From Octopus vulgaris (Eukaryota), in contig OX597820.1 of NCBI GenBank assembly GCA_951406725.2, positions 120,280,001 to 120,344,000 on the forward strand: a stretch of 64,000 nucleotides of DNA, in the 5' to 3' direction. Positions 42,415 through 55,149 of the stretch are shown in pieces. Numbering within the stretch: the first letter of the stretch is position 1; the number at the start of each line of letters is the position of its first letter. The notes beneath the pieces are model-generated. The model had not been told where the DNA came from and did not search any database. It saw only the letters and a list, made by a program, of their open reading frames with translations. Both the position numbers and the translations under genes were made by a program.

Positions 42415-43185
42415 CAACAATTGAGGGTAAAATTAATTAATTATTAACCAATTTCACCAAGTATTCAGTATGTAAAGGGACCATTTAAGGCGAATTCATA
42501 TTATTACATTATATAAAAGGGCTTAGTAAAATAAATTACTTTGCCACATACTGAACTCATTAGAAATAGCAGCTAAAAAAATTTTTTTAACTATTTCTAA
42601 TACTTAAAGAAAATCTCTCTCATATAGTGTTTGCTCAAGTCAACTCACGAAGGTATGGGGGTAAAAACATTAAAAAATCACAAATGCAAAGGTTATTTGA
42701 GAACGTACGTTTCTAGATTAGTCAAATCGACATTTCTTTCGTCAGCTCAGAACTCCTTGATTCGGATTTGGGAACACTGAAAGTGGGAGCATACCCTTTT
42801 GGCTTCTTATCACTTCCGGAGATCTGCTCGAACTACCAGTGCTAACAAATTCAAAATATGCAAGCGAAGAATTTCTGCTCTCCCCTTTCCACCAGCGTGG
42901 GTTAAAATTGGTAAACACTATGTTTTATCGGTAAAAACCGAAGCATTAAATAGAGAGAAATGAATTATAATTTCAACAATTGAGGGTAAAATTAATTAAT
43001 TATTAATCAATTTCACCAAGTATTCAGTATGTAAAGGGACCATTTAAGGCGAATTCAAATTATTACGTTATATAAAAGGGCTTAGTAAAATAAATTACTT
43101 TGCCACATACTGAACTCATTAGAAATAGCAGCTAAAAAAAAATTTGTTTAACTCTTTCTAATACTTAAACAAAATCTCTCTCATA
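42407..43185 (+). mobile_element. Non-coding mini-element with ~218-bp direct terminal repeats (PLE pseudo-LTR-like), starting at a (TA)n tract
   Basis: 42407-42624 and 42966-43185 are near-identical; the 341-bp interior has no recognisable ORF. Confidence 0.7.
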
Positions 43186-43230
43186 GGCGCTACACCAGCA
43201 TTTCTTATCCCTTATCTCTTATGGGTATCA

Positions 43231-43291
<61 letters not shown>

Positions 43292-43399
43292 TATCTATAT
43301 CTATATATATATATCTTATCCCTTATCTCTTATGGGTATCAGTCAGAGGTTGAGGCCATGCTGGTGTAGCGCCTTTACTACATCCGGGATTCTTTCACT

Positions 43400-44665
43400 A
43401 TTGCCGCTCTTTTTTGTGCCTCCTGCCGTGATGTAGGTTTATCCGGAATTGCAGATCCTTGATGTTATGTAGTACGACTCTAACAATTTGCGGTCCTTGA
43501 ATCCCAAGCTATTACAATATTGGGTTCCTATCTTCGTTGGAGAAGATGGGGCCTTTGGTACTGTGCAGTGCTGTCCAGTTCGGGGATGGTTGTAGATTTC
43601 GCTTCCAAAATTTAGAGCTAGGCCCTGCATTATTTTACATATGTATAGTACTGCATAACTCACATGTACTCTCCGCAGAGAGTACAGTCCCAGTTCCTTC
43701 AACCTCTTCTAGTAGCCCCTATGTGGTACTGAATCTATCTTTTGTGTAGTGGAATTGGATTGTTTCTAGTTCCGCAATTAGTTTTACACTCTGCAGGGAG
43801 CACAGTTGGGAGCAGTATTCCAAACAACTGAATGCAGAAGTTCTCCAAAGCAGAAGCATTGTGTCTGTGTTCCTGGTCCTGAAGAATCTGAGGATCCAAC
43901 TTGCCAGTCGCCTGTATAGTGTGGCCATCTGAGCGACGTGCACATGGAAAGTTGCGTCGTTGCTCATGTGGATTTCCAGGTCATGTACCGACTCTAACCC
44001 TGGGATTACATTACCTACTCGTTCCGTGTACTTCAGCTGTAGTTCGTTTGTTTGCTGATAGCGGAGTGCTTGAAATTTGCGCCATTGAACTGCATCTTAT
44101 TCTCATCAACCCACTTATATATTGCGCTCACATCATTCTGCAGTCTTAGGATGTCAGCAGAATCCTTCACCAGCCGCAATATTTTTGTATCATCGGCGTA
44201 ACTGGTGAGTGTAGCTGACTCTATGGCTGAGGGCATGTCCGAGAGAGCAACCACAAACAATAGTGGGCCCAGCACTGTTCCATGGGCGACTCCACTGAGG
44301 ATTGGAGTCACAACAAAAAGAGCACCATTTGCTGTGGCAGCCTGCCTTCTGCCCCTCAGGAAACCATGCAGCCACTCTTCAAGTCTACCAGCGATACCGA
44401 GGTCATGATCGACTTTGTCAGACGCCTTGGCGTTTGTAAGCTTGAAGTGTTGTTTTAGTACCCAGTTGAAGTACTGTAGTAGCTACGTTGACCAGCTCCG
44501 TTGAGGACGGAAATCATATTGCGTGTCTGTAAGCAAGTCGTTTTCTTCCAGGAACGCGATCAGTCTACTTCTGACAATGCCTTCCTCGGTCCTGCTGACA
44601 TGTGAGGTCAGAGATAGGCCTGTAGTTTAGAGCATCTGCTCTGCTCCGTCCTTTGTGGAGAGGGC
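43400..44665 (-). pseudogene. CR1-clade LINE ORF2 RT/C-terminal fragment (decayed)
   Basis: HKGRSRADALNYRPISLTSHVSR, SGVAHGTVLGPLLFVVALSDMP..SYADDTKI, LEYCSQLCS, LGLYSLRR. Confidence 0.88.
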
Positions 44666-45039
44666 AGATTATTCATTTTTTTTAACATTTGAGGAAATGT
44701 ACCGCATTCAAGGGAACTCTGGAAAAGCATTTGCAGTGGTTTTGCAAGGGATTTCTTGCATGTTTTTAACAGAATTCCTGGGAGTCCATCTGGGCTTGTT
44801 GCATGTATATATGCGTGTGTGTGTCGGTGTTTGTATCCAGTACAGGTTGATAACCGTTGTTGGTGTATTTATATCACCGTAAACTAGCAATAGAACGGTA
44901 GAACAAGTGTTTGGCTTAAAAAATACCTCAACTCTAGATCCGATTCTTTCGGCTTAAATTCTTCAAGGTGGTGCCGCAGATTAGCCGTAGTCTAATGACA
45001 GAAACACGTAACACATAAAAGCTAACACACACACACACT

Positions 45040-45072
<33 letters not shown>

Positions 45073-45206
45073 AATAAACTTTTGAATCCTATACCTGTGT
45101 GTCCTCGTGACCAATAAAACTTTGGTATTATTATTATTAAAATATATTCTTCTTGTCATTAGCTGTTCTTATTTCTGTTATATTTCTATTAACATTATTA
45201 TAATTA

Positions 45207-45250
<44 letters not shown>

Positions 45251-45251
45251 G

Positions 45252-45492
45252 TATGTTTGACTTTTGCTTTGTGTTTGTACAAGTTGGCTCCAAGTCTCAC
45301 CCAGAGACCTCAAGAGACAACAGGTTGGAAGTTCACGTTGTTGTTATGCCTAGTGTGCCATATATTTGGTTTTTCTTTTGGTGTTGTACTAGTGAATGTC
45401 TAATAAATAATTTTTTTTTTAAACGTTTGTTTTAAACCTTGAGATTACATAGAGAGCATTTTGCGTAGGATATGAGCAGTTCCCATGAGCAC
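45252..45492 (-). mobile_element. R4/Dong-like LINE extreme 3' end, 5'-truncated, inside (ATT)n
   Basis: The minus strand encodes VLMGTAHILRKMLSM* followed by a 3' UTR; flanked by (TAA)n on both sides. Confidence 0.75.
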
Positions 45493-45557
<65 letters not shown>

Positions 45558-45560
<3 letters not shown>

Positions 45561-45696
45561 TAGTTTTGTTTTTATAGCATGCTTTCACTTCACTACCGAG
45601 CGCAGCTCTGTGTGCCTTGGGTATGTGCTGTGATTTGTTGTGATGTTTTGATGGTTATTGTATGGAAAGTGTTCTGCGTAGGATGTGTGCAGTGCC

Positions 45697-45697
<1 letters not shown>
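45558..45697 (-). mobile_element. Second R4/Dong-like family 3' end inside (ATT)n
   Basis: GTAHILRRTLSIQ* followed by a different short 3' UTR; flanked by (TAA)n. Confidence 0.75.
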
Positions 45698-45784
<87 letters not shown>

Positions 45785-45827
45785 ATTGTTATTATTATTA
45801 TTATTATTATTACTATTATTATTATTA

Positions 45828-45862
<35 letters not shown>

Positions 45863-45896
45863 GTTATTATTATTATTATTGTTATTATTACTATTA

Positions 45897-45931
<35 letters not shown>

Positions 45932-46500
45932 ATTATTATTATTATTACTATTATTATTATTATTGTTATTATTATTATTATCATTATTATTGTTATTATT
46001 ATTTGTAGTGTTGTTTTTGTTTTTTGTTTTTTTTGCATTAGTGCTGTTCACCTGTTATTTGATGATGTGCAGCAAATGCCTAAAGTGCTTCCTCATGTTC
46101 AACAGTCCCAATTTCTGGCACGTTTCCTTCAGACCTCGCTAGATTCTAAACCAGTGATTGTACACAGTGGAAATTTCATCAACTCTTTCAAGTGCTTCTT
46201 CCATGTTGACTTTAAATACGAAGAGACAATGCAGGACAATGCAAATTGATTGTCAACGACAACTACACAAATAAAAAGAAAGTATACAATAAATAAAACA
46301 GCAAAAGCCGTCAACAAAGCCGTTAAAAAAAAACACAATGACCTGGAGAAACCTGTGTATTGAACGTACGATAACTAACAAAGTACACACACGAAAACAG
46401 AACAACATAACCAACTGTATATGAATATTATTGTGTATGTATATGTGCGTATGTGTGCGTTTATACGTACGTACATACACACATATAAATACATACATTC

Positions 46501-46547
<47 letters not shown>

Positions 46548-47842
46548 CGTTCGTGTGCTTATGTGTGTGTATGTATGTATACACACTCAATATTTGTCAC
46601 AGAATGACTCAGTGTAAAAAGGCTAAATCAAGGGCATCAATAATTCATGAATGATTATATTAATATTGATGATGATTATGTCGATGATGGTGGTGCTGGT
46701 GGTGTTGATGAGGATGATGATGATGAGGATGATGTTGATGAAATTTTTCACAAGTTTAATAATACAAAAATGATTTGGAGGAACATATTCCAGTAGATGT
46801 ACACAATACCCGCATATATATGTATTATGTCAAGTCTGTCTAAATGAGTCGAAATGGTCATGGATGGTACGTCTACTTAAACAATTCTTGGGAGTTCGCC
46901 ACTACTAATAAAGAGGATTTCAATCTTGGCCACCACTAAATTCATACATAATGAATGATAGACCATGTTTCCTACTTTATGTCAAGGGATTTACGTGTAG
47001 CACACATATATGCACCACCACCTATACATATAGGCACTTGCCTATACATATGTGTTTATATCTATATGATTTTATACAGGAAGTGGAAGTGTCACTAACT
47101 GACTTTCTTCCTTTTTTCCCTTGTTTTTCTTCATAATCTTTAGGAAATCTTCCAATATCTTTACATTCTTGTGTACCCTGTCATCTTTCCATCATATTTT
47201 GCAATAATTTTAAAAGATATTTTCATCGCGATATTTTCGGCACTTTTTCAAAACTTGTCTTTACAACTTTCCTGAAAATCTTATCCATATCTCCCTCCAG
47301 TATTCCTAATTCATTTTCCATTTTGTCTTTATTTTATTCCATTTACGACAATCACTTCAAATGTTGAACTGATGACCATTCCACCAAACCAGTACTGTAG
47401 CTGATCTGCTTTCCTTTCATTTAGTTCAGTCTTTCCCGCTATCACTTTCCATACTGCTATGCACAATCTTTTACCTAAAATATTATGACACTTATATGCA
47501 TCATCATTTACCTATAATATGCATTCAGGAGAGCAAAGACATCACGCTGCATATTTTATTGGAAACACGGAGGAAACAACTCTCCAGGATTGCGCAATAG
47601 TACCAATCGGCTTGAGGGACCGATGAAAAATAGGAATGACTTTTTCAGCGTTTCTTCTTTTCAAATAATGAAACTCCATGCTGGCTGATCTACAAATATG
47701 ATGGTTTCAAGCTGTTTGGATTATAGGAGTGGAGTGATAAGGAGTCATGCTTTCCACCATTCTTTCACCGTGTGGGTTCTCCTGACAGGAAACTGTTGCA
47801 TCATTTATAGAGAGACATATTACCTAGGATTATCCTTCCTTT

Positions 47843-48485
47843 TCGCCGTCGGCCCAGTGCGTCCATGCTGCCAACAAAGCACGCGGAGTTATGTTTTTGA
47901 TTCGACGGTCATTCGGAATGCTCACAGCAGCCATATTCCTACCGCTCTATGTCACGCTGGTGAGACCCATATTGGAGTACGGGATTCAAGCCTCTTCTCC
48001 TTATTTCTTCAAAGACATACATCACCTCGAAAGAGTCCAGAAGCTGGCTCGCCGCATGGTTCTTGGTCTCAAGCATTTGTCTTGTGAAGAAAGGCTGAAG
48101 ACACTCGACCTTTATTCTCTACAAAAACGACGACGCCGTGCTGATCTCATTCTTGCTCACAACATCATAAGCGGAAAGTGTAACCTCTCGAAAGATCTGT
48201 TCTTCACTCATGCTCCAGAGCGTCGGCTGCGGGGTCACTCCGAAAAGCTCTATCTGCGACGATTTCATCTCAATCGAAGGAGAGGTGCTTTCTCCGTCCG
48301 GGTTGCGGATCCGTGGAATAAGCTGCCGGATGAGATAGTGAACATGGCGACGACCGCTCAGTTCAAAGTCTCTCTTGACCAGAAATGGCCTGAACTCTTT
48401 GCATGAACACCCTCCCTGTACATAACTCCATGTTCCCCTACATGGCCTTGCTTTTTGCTTTTTGAGCCAAAAAATTAACTTAACT
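47843..48485 (+). mobile_element. CR1-clade LINE, 5'-truncated 3' end
   Basis: SAQCVHAANKAR..LIRRSF..LYVTLVRPILEYG..LERVQKLA..RRRADLI..FSVRVADPWNKLP; short ttaac tail; closely similar to the 57319 copy. Confidence 0.9.
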
Positions 48486-48521
48486 TAGAATATATCTATG
48501 CGGCAGTATCTTAAGCTGACA

Positions 48522-48981
48522 TTCTTCTTCTTCTTCTTCTTCTTCTTACAGCATTTGCCCGGGGTGGGTTGAGCTGGCTTCATTTATCCTCAACGCTGCA
48601 TCTTTCACAAACGCCGACTAGGCCTGGCGATTTGAGGCTAACGACCACGTGATCTCCAAACACTCCTTATTCAAGCGGCGAACGCCGTAGATATGGGGGC
48701 CTAGGTTGGGTTCCAGATCAGCCTTGACCGTCATCATCCAGGTTTTTCGCTGTCCACCACGACGCTTTCGCCAACCCTGAAGGGGAGCTGGGGAAATTGC
48801 TTCGTAGATGAATTCTCCTGGTTGACGATGGAGGGAATGACCCAGCCAACGCAGACGTCTCGTTAGGATGACTTGTCGGAGGGAGGTGATTCTGCACTGG
48901 TGTCGCACCGAATTGTTGGAGACTAAGTGATGCCATCGGACACGAAGGATGCGGCGTAGACAGAGGTAATCGAAGGATTCT
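48522..48981 (-). mobile_element. RTE-clade LINE, 5'-truncated, with (GAA)n tail and 17-bp TSD
   Basis: CLRRILRVRW..RRLRWLGH..GWRKRRGGQRKTW; TSD agtatcttaagctgaca at 48505-48521 and 48982-48998. Confidence 0.92.
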
Positions 48982-50240
48982 AGTATCTTAAGCTGACACT
49001 TCAGACAAAGGGTGCCCTAATAAATAGGATAATATTGCATACATTTCACCAGGGCAGGAAAAAATATAACGGTCCGACGGCACATTGGTCATGAAGCTGT
49101 ATGCTATGCACACATGAAAACAACACCTTATAACCCAGGCCTGTACAACACTGCAAGTGATTTAATACGCCTTCTTAATAATAAAAAAATGTATAAAATT
49201 TCAGACGCAGTTTCGATATGTCATCATGAACTCTATACACGATATTGAGAAGTTCAAAAAGCAACATATACTATCTGATAAAACAGGAAATATATATAAA
49301 TATCATACAAGACTTTATGTATTTAACTTTATATTTAAGGTAGTTACACGCAGTGTAGTGTGATACCTGGAAATTTATTAATGGCTAAGCTTGTACATTA
49401 GCGACTATGTTTGAAGTAGACGACAGAATGGAACCGTATGATCACAAAAGTCCCCACTCTTGTCTTAAGGACCATAAATGAAATTCGCACTCAATTAGAT
49501 TAATTGGCTAACATGTGCTTCATTATTAATAAATTTGAACACGTAGTATTAATAATTCGGCAAAATCTCTGATCACTCTGCTAGAATAGTTTAAATTAAA
49601 CCTGTCGATAATATATTTCTGTAACAAGCTGGAAATGTAACTAAACTGCGAAGTTTCAATTAATTAAATACACAGTTATATCACAGCACTCCTAAGTAAC
49701 GCTATTCGCGCATTTTACACAAGCTATTTTCAGCAATACATAACGAATTTCATTTCTAATGTAGAATTTGGACAATAAAATAAAATGAAATTACGTTTCT
49801 CAGTAATATTTAACGAATAACGAGTGAAGTGTCTGATAAAATACAATAAATATTCTCAGGATGGGGAATATGAAATGAAATTCAATTTTTGCGATTGATG
49901 AACGAAAGTTCGGAAATATCTGACATAAGGAACCAAAAATAGAAATCGGGAAACCTAGCGATAATCTGCATCGTTAGATCTAAGTTAATAAAATTCTTCA
50001 ATAAAATATTACGATTATGACAAAAGGAGGCCTGCGCGTAAGAAAGGAGAATGTGATTCAAATTATATTAATTTAGGTGAGTTGATGAGGCGGCGGAATT
50101 ATTTGTAATACGGTGTAATGCAGTCAGGCAAGGATGAACTACATATGTATTTATTACACATACACTTTCCCTCACACACAATCTAAGACACACCATTTAC
50201 TCACACGCACGCACGCACAACTACATGTGTGTGTGTGTAT

Positions 50241-50631
50241 CTCTTTACTCTTTTTACTCTTTTTTACTTGTTTCAGTCATTTGACTGCGGTCATACTGGA
50301 GCACCGCCTTTAGTCGAGGAAATCGACCCCCAGGACTTATTCTTTGTAAGCCTAGTACTTATCATATCGGTCTCTTTTGCCGAACCGCTAAATTACGGGG
50401 ACGTAAACACACCAGCATCGGTTGTCAAGCGATGTTGGGGGGGGGGTGCACATATATATAAATATATACGACGGACTTCTTTCAGTTTCCGTCTACCAAA
50501 TCCACTCACAAGGCTTTGGTCGGCCCGAGGTTATAGTAGAAGACACTTGCCCAAGGTGCTACGCAGTGGAACTGAACCCGGAACCATGTGGTTGGTAAGC
50601 AAGCTACTTACCACACAGTCACTCCGGCACC
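50241..50631 (-). mobile_element. SINE family A, full length
   Basis: Reverse complement of the family consensus seen at 4663. Confidence 0.9.
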
Positions 50632-51169
50632 TATATACAGAGGCTGGACAAAAGAATGAAAGCAACTTGTTACGTGAAAATTTTATTGTTAAATGCGGAG
50701 TTCATCGAATTTTGGCATAAGTCACAGCTCAATATGTTGTGTCATCGACATTTGCAGGTTTTGAACATTTGTTCGGGGTATATTGTGCCATCATGCAAGT
50801 AAACCCATCGTCTCCATGTAATTTACCCGCTTACCAATTGCTGTTCGAAAGTGTACCATAAATGTCCGATTATATTGGGATCCGGTGAATGTGAGTACCA
50901 ATACAAGTTGTTGAATTCCCTTTCGTGAACTTCGTACAAACGTTAGTTATTTGAATTGGTGTATTATCTTCAGTAAATTGATCAAGCATTAAGGAACATA
51001 ATCGGTCAAAATAGTCAGGAAAAATCTAACGTTAACCCTGCCTTGATCAACAAAGGGCCGAGAGAATTGGCTGTAAAAACCACAAAGTGACCTTTATGCT
51101 TTATGGAAGAGCTCAATCGTTTAGGCATGAAACTCCATGCTGGCTAATCTTTGGATTATAGGAGTGGAA

Positions 51170-51625
51170 AAGGATATAAAACCAGGCCTACAAGTAAAGT
51201 ATACGAGATGAACGAAAGATGGAAGGGATACTGGGGAGTGGCCACGGACTTGGAAAGATAAGTAAGATTTCCACTAATAAAAACAACAAAAAGACCAGAT
51301 TTAGTCCTATGGAACAGAGACCGGAGGATAGGAATTTTACTAGAAGTCAAAGTACCTTGGGAAGAGAACATCGGCAATGCAAAGGAACGAAAGGAGAAGA
51401 GGTACGAAAAGCTAATCGAAGAATGCAGAAAACAGGGATGGAATGTGGAATATTATCACTTGACAGTGGTGGGTAGAGGCTTCATTGAAAGGAAAATGAC
51501 AACGCTTTTCTAAAGAAGATTTGTTTTTTTCTAGCTGCGAAAACTAATAAGGAGAGTACAGGAGGCGGTCGAAAAGGCCAGCTTATATATATAGCTGAAG
51601 AGGGAAGACCAAAAATGGCTTGGTT
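51170..51625 (+). pseudogene. Hero-clade non-LTR retrotransposon restriction-like endonuclease C-terminal fragment
   Basis: Manual translation: TTKRPDLVLWNRDRRIGILLEVKVPWEENIGNAKERKEKRYEKLIEECRKQGWNVEYYHLTVVGRGF..EKASLYI*LKR (PD-(D/E)xK RLE); in-frame stops. Confidence 0.8.
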
Positions 51626-52262
51626 CCCGTGGAACGAAAATTGATTAATGATTCATAAGAGATTATAAAACTGTCTCAATTAGGCATTGATCACTTCCTA
51701 TACTTTCGCTATCATTTTCCCTGCTTATCCGTGTTAATAAAGTAGGAGACGAGGTGGCAACTGCAGTCTTCTCATTGCATGCTAATTTACGAACCCCACA
51801 GGACTCGGTTTTGTTTGACACAGGGTGGTATTTTAATTTTGTTGTCACTTTTCTCGGTGTGGTTAAATGAATGTCAGAAAATGTTGGTTTCACAATCCTA
51901 CATATATAAGCAGTCACTCAGTTGAACTAATAAATAAAAAGAGTTGTCTGACTTTGAAGTTTTGGATGAGTTGCTTTTGAGAGAGGGTATCGTTTTATTC
52001 CAATACATTTGTATGATTCTTGGTTCATTTGAATGCTAAGCGTAGTAGTTCACAGTAGATAGTGTCAAACTGCATACCTATTTATACGCATTTATGAGGA
52101 GTTTACTTGGCGAATTAAAGGGAAAATATGTAGGTAATGGGGAGAAATAAGAAATACGTCGGAAATGAATCAAGGAGAGAAAGGTTTCAGTGTGGTCGTT
52201 ATCAGATATATAATATATCCTTTGTTAACAATGGGTTGGTGATAACTTTTATTTGGGGAATA

Positions 52263-52839
52263 AGGCGGCGAGCTGGCTGTAACATTGGAACGCCGGGCGA
52301 AATGCCTAGCGGTATTTCATCTGCCGTTACGTTCTGAGCTCAAATTCCGCCGTGGTCGACTTTGCCTTTCATCCTTTCGGAGTCGATAAATTAAGTACCA
52401 GTTACGCACTGGGGTCGATGTAATCGACTTAATCCCTTTGTCTGTCCTTGTTTGTCACCTCTATGTTTAGCCCCTTGTGGGTAATAAAGAAATAGGTATT
52501 TCGTCTGCCGCTACGTTCTGAGCTCAAATTCCGCCGAGGTCGACTTTGCTTTTCATCATTTCGGGGTCGATAAATTAAATACCAGTTACGAACTGGGGTC
52601 GATGTAATCGACTTAATCCCTTTGTCTGTCCTTGTTTGTCACCTCTATGTTTAGCCCCTTGTGGGTAATAAAGAAATAGGTATTTCGTCTGCCGCTACGT
52701 TCTGAGCTCAAATTCCGCCGAGGTCGACTTTGCCTTTCATCCTTTCGGGGTCGATTAAATAAGTACCAGTTATGCACTGGGGTCGATCTAATCGACTGGC
52801 CCTCTCACCCAAAATTTCCGGCCTCTTGCCTAGAGTAGA
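52263..52839 (+). mobile_element. SINE family C with the body triplicated (184-bp period) inside one 17-bp TSD
   Basis: Head ggcggcgagctggc; units start at 52311, 52495 and 52679; core gaggtcgactttgcctttcatcctttcggggtcgataaattaagtaccag (resembles the Deu/Nin-type SINE domain); TSD aacttttatttggggaa at 52244-52260 and 52840-52856. Confidence 0.88.
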
Positions 52840-53044
52840 AACTTTTATTTGGGGAAGGATATTTATGGTTAGATTTATATAATTTTTTGGTATCATTCGT
52901 GCGTGAGTGCACATAGAGAGATAAGTTTAAATGTGTACAGAAGTGCAGTCTACAGACTGTATATACATACACGGATACATACATGCACGTATACACACAT
53001 ATGGCACACACGCACTTCGCCCATATATGTAGATGCAAGTGTGT

Positions 53045-53380
53045 TTCTGTGGTATGAATCTAGCTTCTAAGCAACATAGATCCGGGTTCAATCCCAAGGC
53101 GTGTTACCTTGGGGAAATATTTCTGCTTGTAAGTTCTGCAAGAGTTTCGGACTGATCAAAGCCTTGTGAGTATATTTGGTAGACAGAAACAGACGGCAGG
53201 CCGCTGTATATGTATGTAAATATGTGTGAGACTCTGTATCTGGGTTTTGTCACCCACTACCAATTAACAACCAGCGTTTGTGAGTTTACGTCTTTGTAAC
53301 TAAACGGTTCGACCTCCGCCCACCGAAAAAGTATAAACGAAAAAAAATACGGTAGAATACGTAACAGGTTGTAAGAAATA
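53045..53380 (+). mobile_element. Degenerate SINE family A copy
   Basis: ccgggttcaatccc, gccttgtgagtatatttggtagacagaaac. Confidence 0.65.
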
Positions 53381-53550
53381 AGACAAATACCGACTATAGC
53401 CAGCTGGAAGAGATGTTCTCCTGGGGCTACAGTAACATCCACTCTTAGTGGTTAGCCATATTGAGATGGCAAATATACCTCACATTATATATATATATAT
53501 ATATAAGCAAAACATTCAAACATACTATACATATTATTATTAATGTTATC

Positions 53551-53628
53551 ATTCAGGTCATTGCTTGGAATCGAACTCGGAACCTTGGGGTTGGTAGCCC
53601 GCGCTTTTAACCACTACACCATACGCCA
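53551..53628 (-). mobile_element. tRNA-derived head (SINE-like or tRNA pseudogene)
   Basis: Minus strand tggtgtagtggttaaaagcgcgggctaccaaccccaaggttccgagttcgattcc has A and B boxes but no proper acceptor stem. Confidence 0.55.
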
Positions 53629-53879
53629 TGGGCGCATATATAAATTAAGAAATGGAATTAAACCCTGGAATTTCTACTTTTCTATGTAGGCTGTGACATC
53701 CTTGGCACTTATGTGAATTTTTGCTACTCTGGTGACTATTTTTTCCGTCTTATTTGTAGAAATTGAAAATACACTCTCACACACACACACACACATACAC
53801 CCCCCACATATAATGTATGTACATACATAGTACACACACACGCACGCTTTCACACACACACATATCGTTCTTTAATTTT

Positions 53880-54256
53880 TTACGAGTTTTATTTATTTGA
53901 CAGATGTCAAGCTGGGGATCCGGCTCAAAGAGTTTCAATCGAAGAAATAGCCCCTCGACGACAGTTATTTAAAACTTTTTATATATTTTATCGGTTTCTT
54001 ATTCCGAACCACTAATTTACAGGTACGTAAACCCTCTAACACCAGTTATCAAAGCGGCGGTGGGAGACAAGCACAGACACAAAATTATACACACATAGAT
54101 ATATACATGTTTATGACAGGCTTCTTTTAGGTTCCGCTTATCAAATCGTCACAAGGCTTCTTTCAGCCGGTGGCTAAAGAAAAAGACATTTGCCGAAGGG
54201 GCCACTGCGCCGGACCCTGGAACCATGTAGTTTAGAAGCAAGACTCTTACCACACG
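53880..54256 (-). mobile_element. Degenerate SINE family A copy
   Basis: ccgaaccactaa, gacaggcttctttta, cacaaggctt and ggaaccatgtag motifs in the expected order. Confidence 0.65.
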
Positions 54257-54268
54257 CACACACACACA

Positions 54269-54304
<36 letters not shown>

Positions 54305-55149
54305 ATTTTACACATCTAGATTTGTATCTACGTATAGATACACAAATTCTGTATATGTGTATAAATTTTTATATCTATGTGTGTGTGTGCATGTGTGTGT
54401 GTCTGAATGTATATAACAAACCTAACGTTATCGGGATAAGAATCTCTATGGAGACCATCCCACAAAACAGAGACAGTATAAGACGTAAACAACTGCAACA
54501 AACATATATATCCCAAATACATCTCACAAAGGAATATCCTAATGCATTCGATATCTTGGCAGTAACATTCAGAGCAGTGGTGTCAACAGCATCAGAATTA
54601 TAAACACTCAATGGGAATAGCAGACAAGATGTGGATTCCAAACTTAAGCTCAATGTGGTTAGTAAGTCAACATCTTCTTAGAGTTACCAAGCACGGACAG
54701 GATTTGAAATCTCTAACATAAATTGTCGTCTTTTCAGTAGCTACAAAATACAGAAATTAAATGAAATGTATTTGAGAAAATAGAAACAAATAAATCTATG
54801 TTCTCTTGATTTGATGTATTTGAGAAATAATATGGACGGAGGACGGAGCTTCGTGGAACAACAGCATATAAATTTTGTGGGACTTTAAAGTCCTAATGGA
54901 GAGAGTGATCTAATAGAGACAAACGGGAAACATATTGGTGGTTAGCTATTAATGATACAGTAGTCCTGGGTGGGAATAATGTAGTTCAGTGTATAAGGTG
55001 GAAGATTATGGAACATAACAAAACATTTTCCTATAGCAACAGCATCACTGATTTGTATCCCAAAGAAAAGGCCACAATTCCTTGACCCAAATAATAATCA
55101 AATATGATATCGATCCCCTAAAAGAGAAGCAAAATCTACTATATTATGT

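Noticed and set aside
42725-42750. Minus-strand CTGACGA-aa-GAAA-tg-TC
   Set aside because: Core-like letters, but no helix II and no helix I pairing.
50229-50720. Recurrent ORFs such as [27 protein letters not shown] (also 24443, 24913, 26898) and MVVIPAVLFHHNF (5860, 39922)
   Set aside because: Translations of SINE A and SINE B copies, not a gene family.
50638-51000. Possible Tc1-like TIR (TA-cagaggctggacaaaagaatg) and decayed transposase
   Set aside because: No matching second TIR or convincing translated motif found.
52311-52800. Regular repeats superficially like a CRISPR array
   Set aside because: Full 184-bp tandem units with no unique spacers, in a eukaryotic SINE context.
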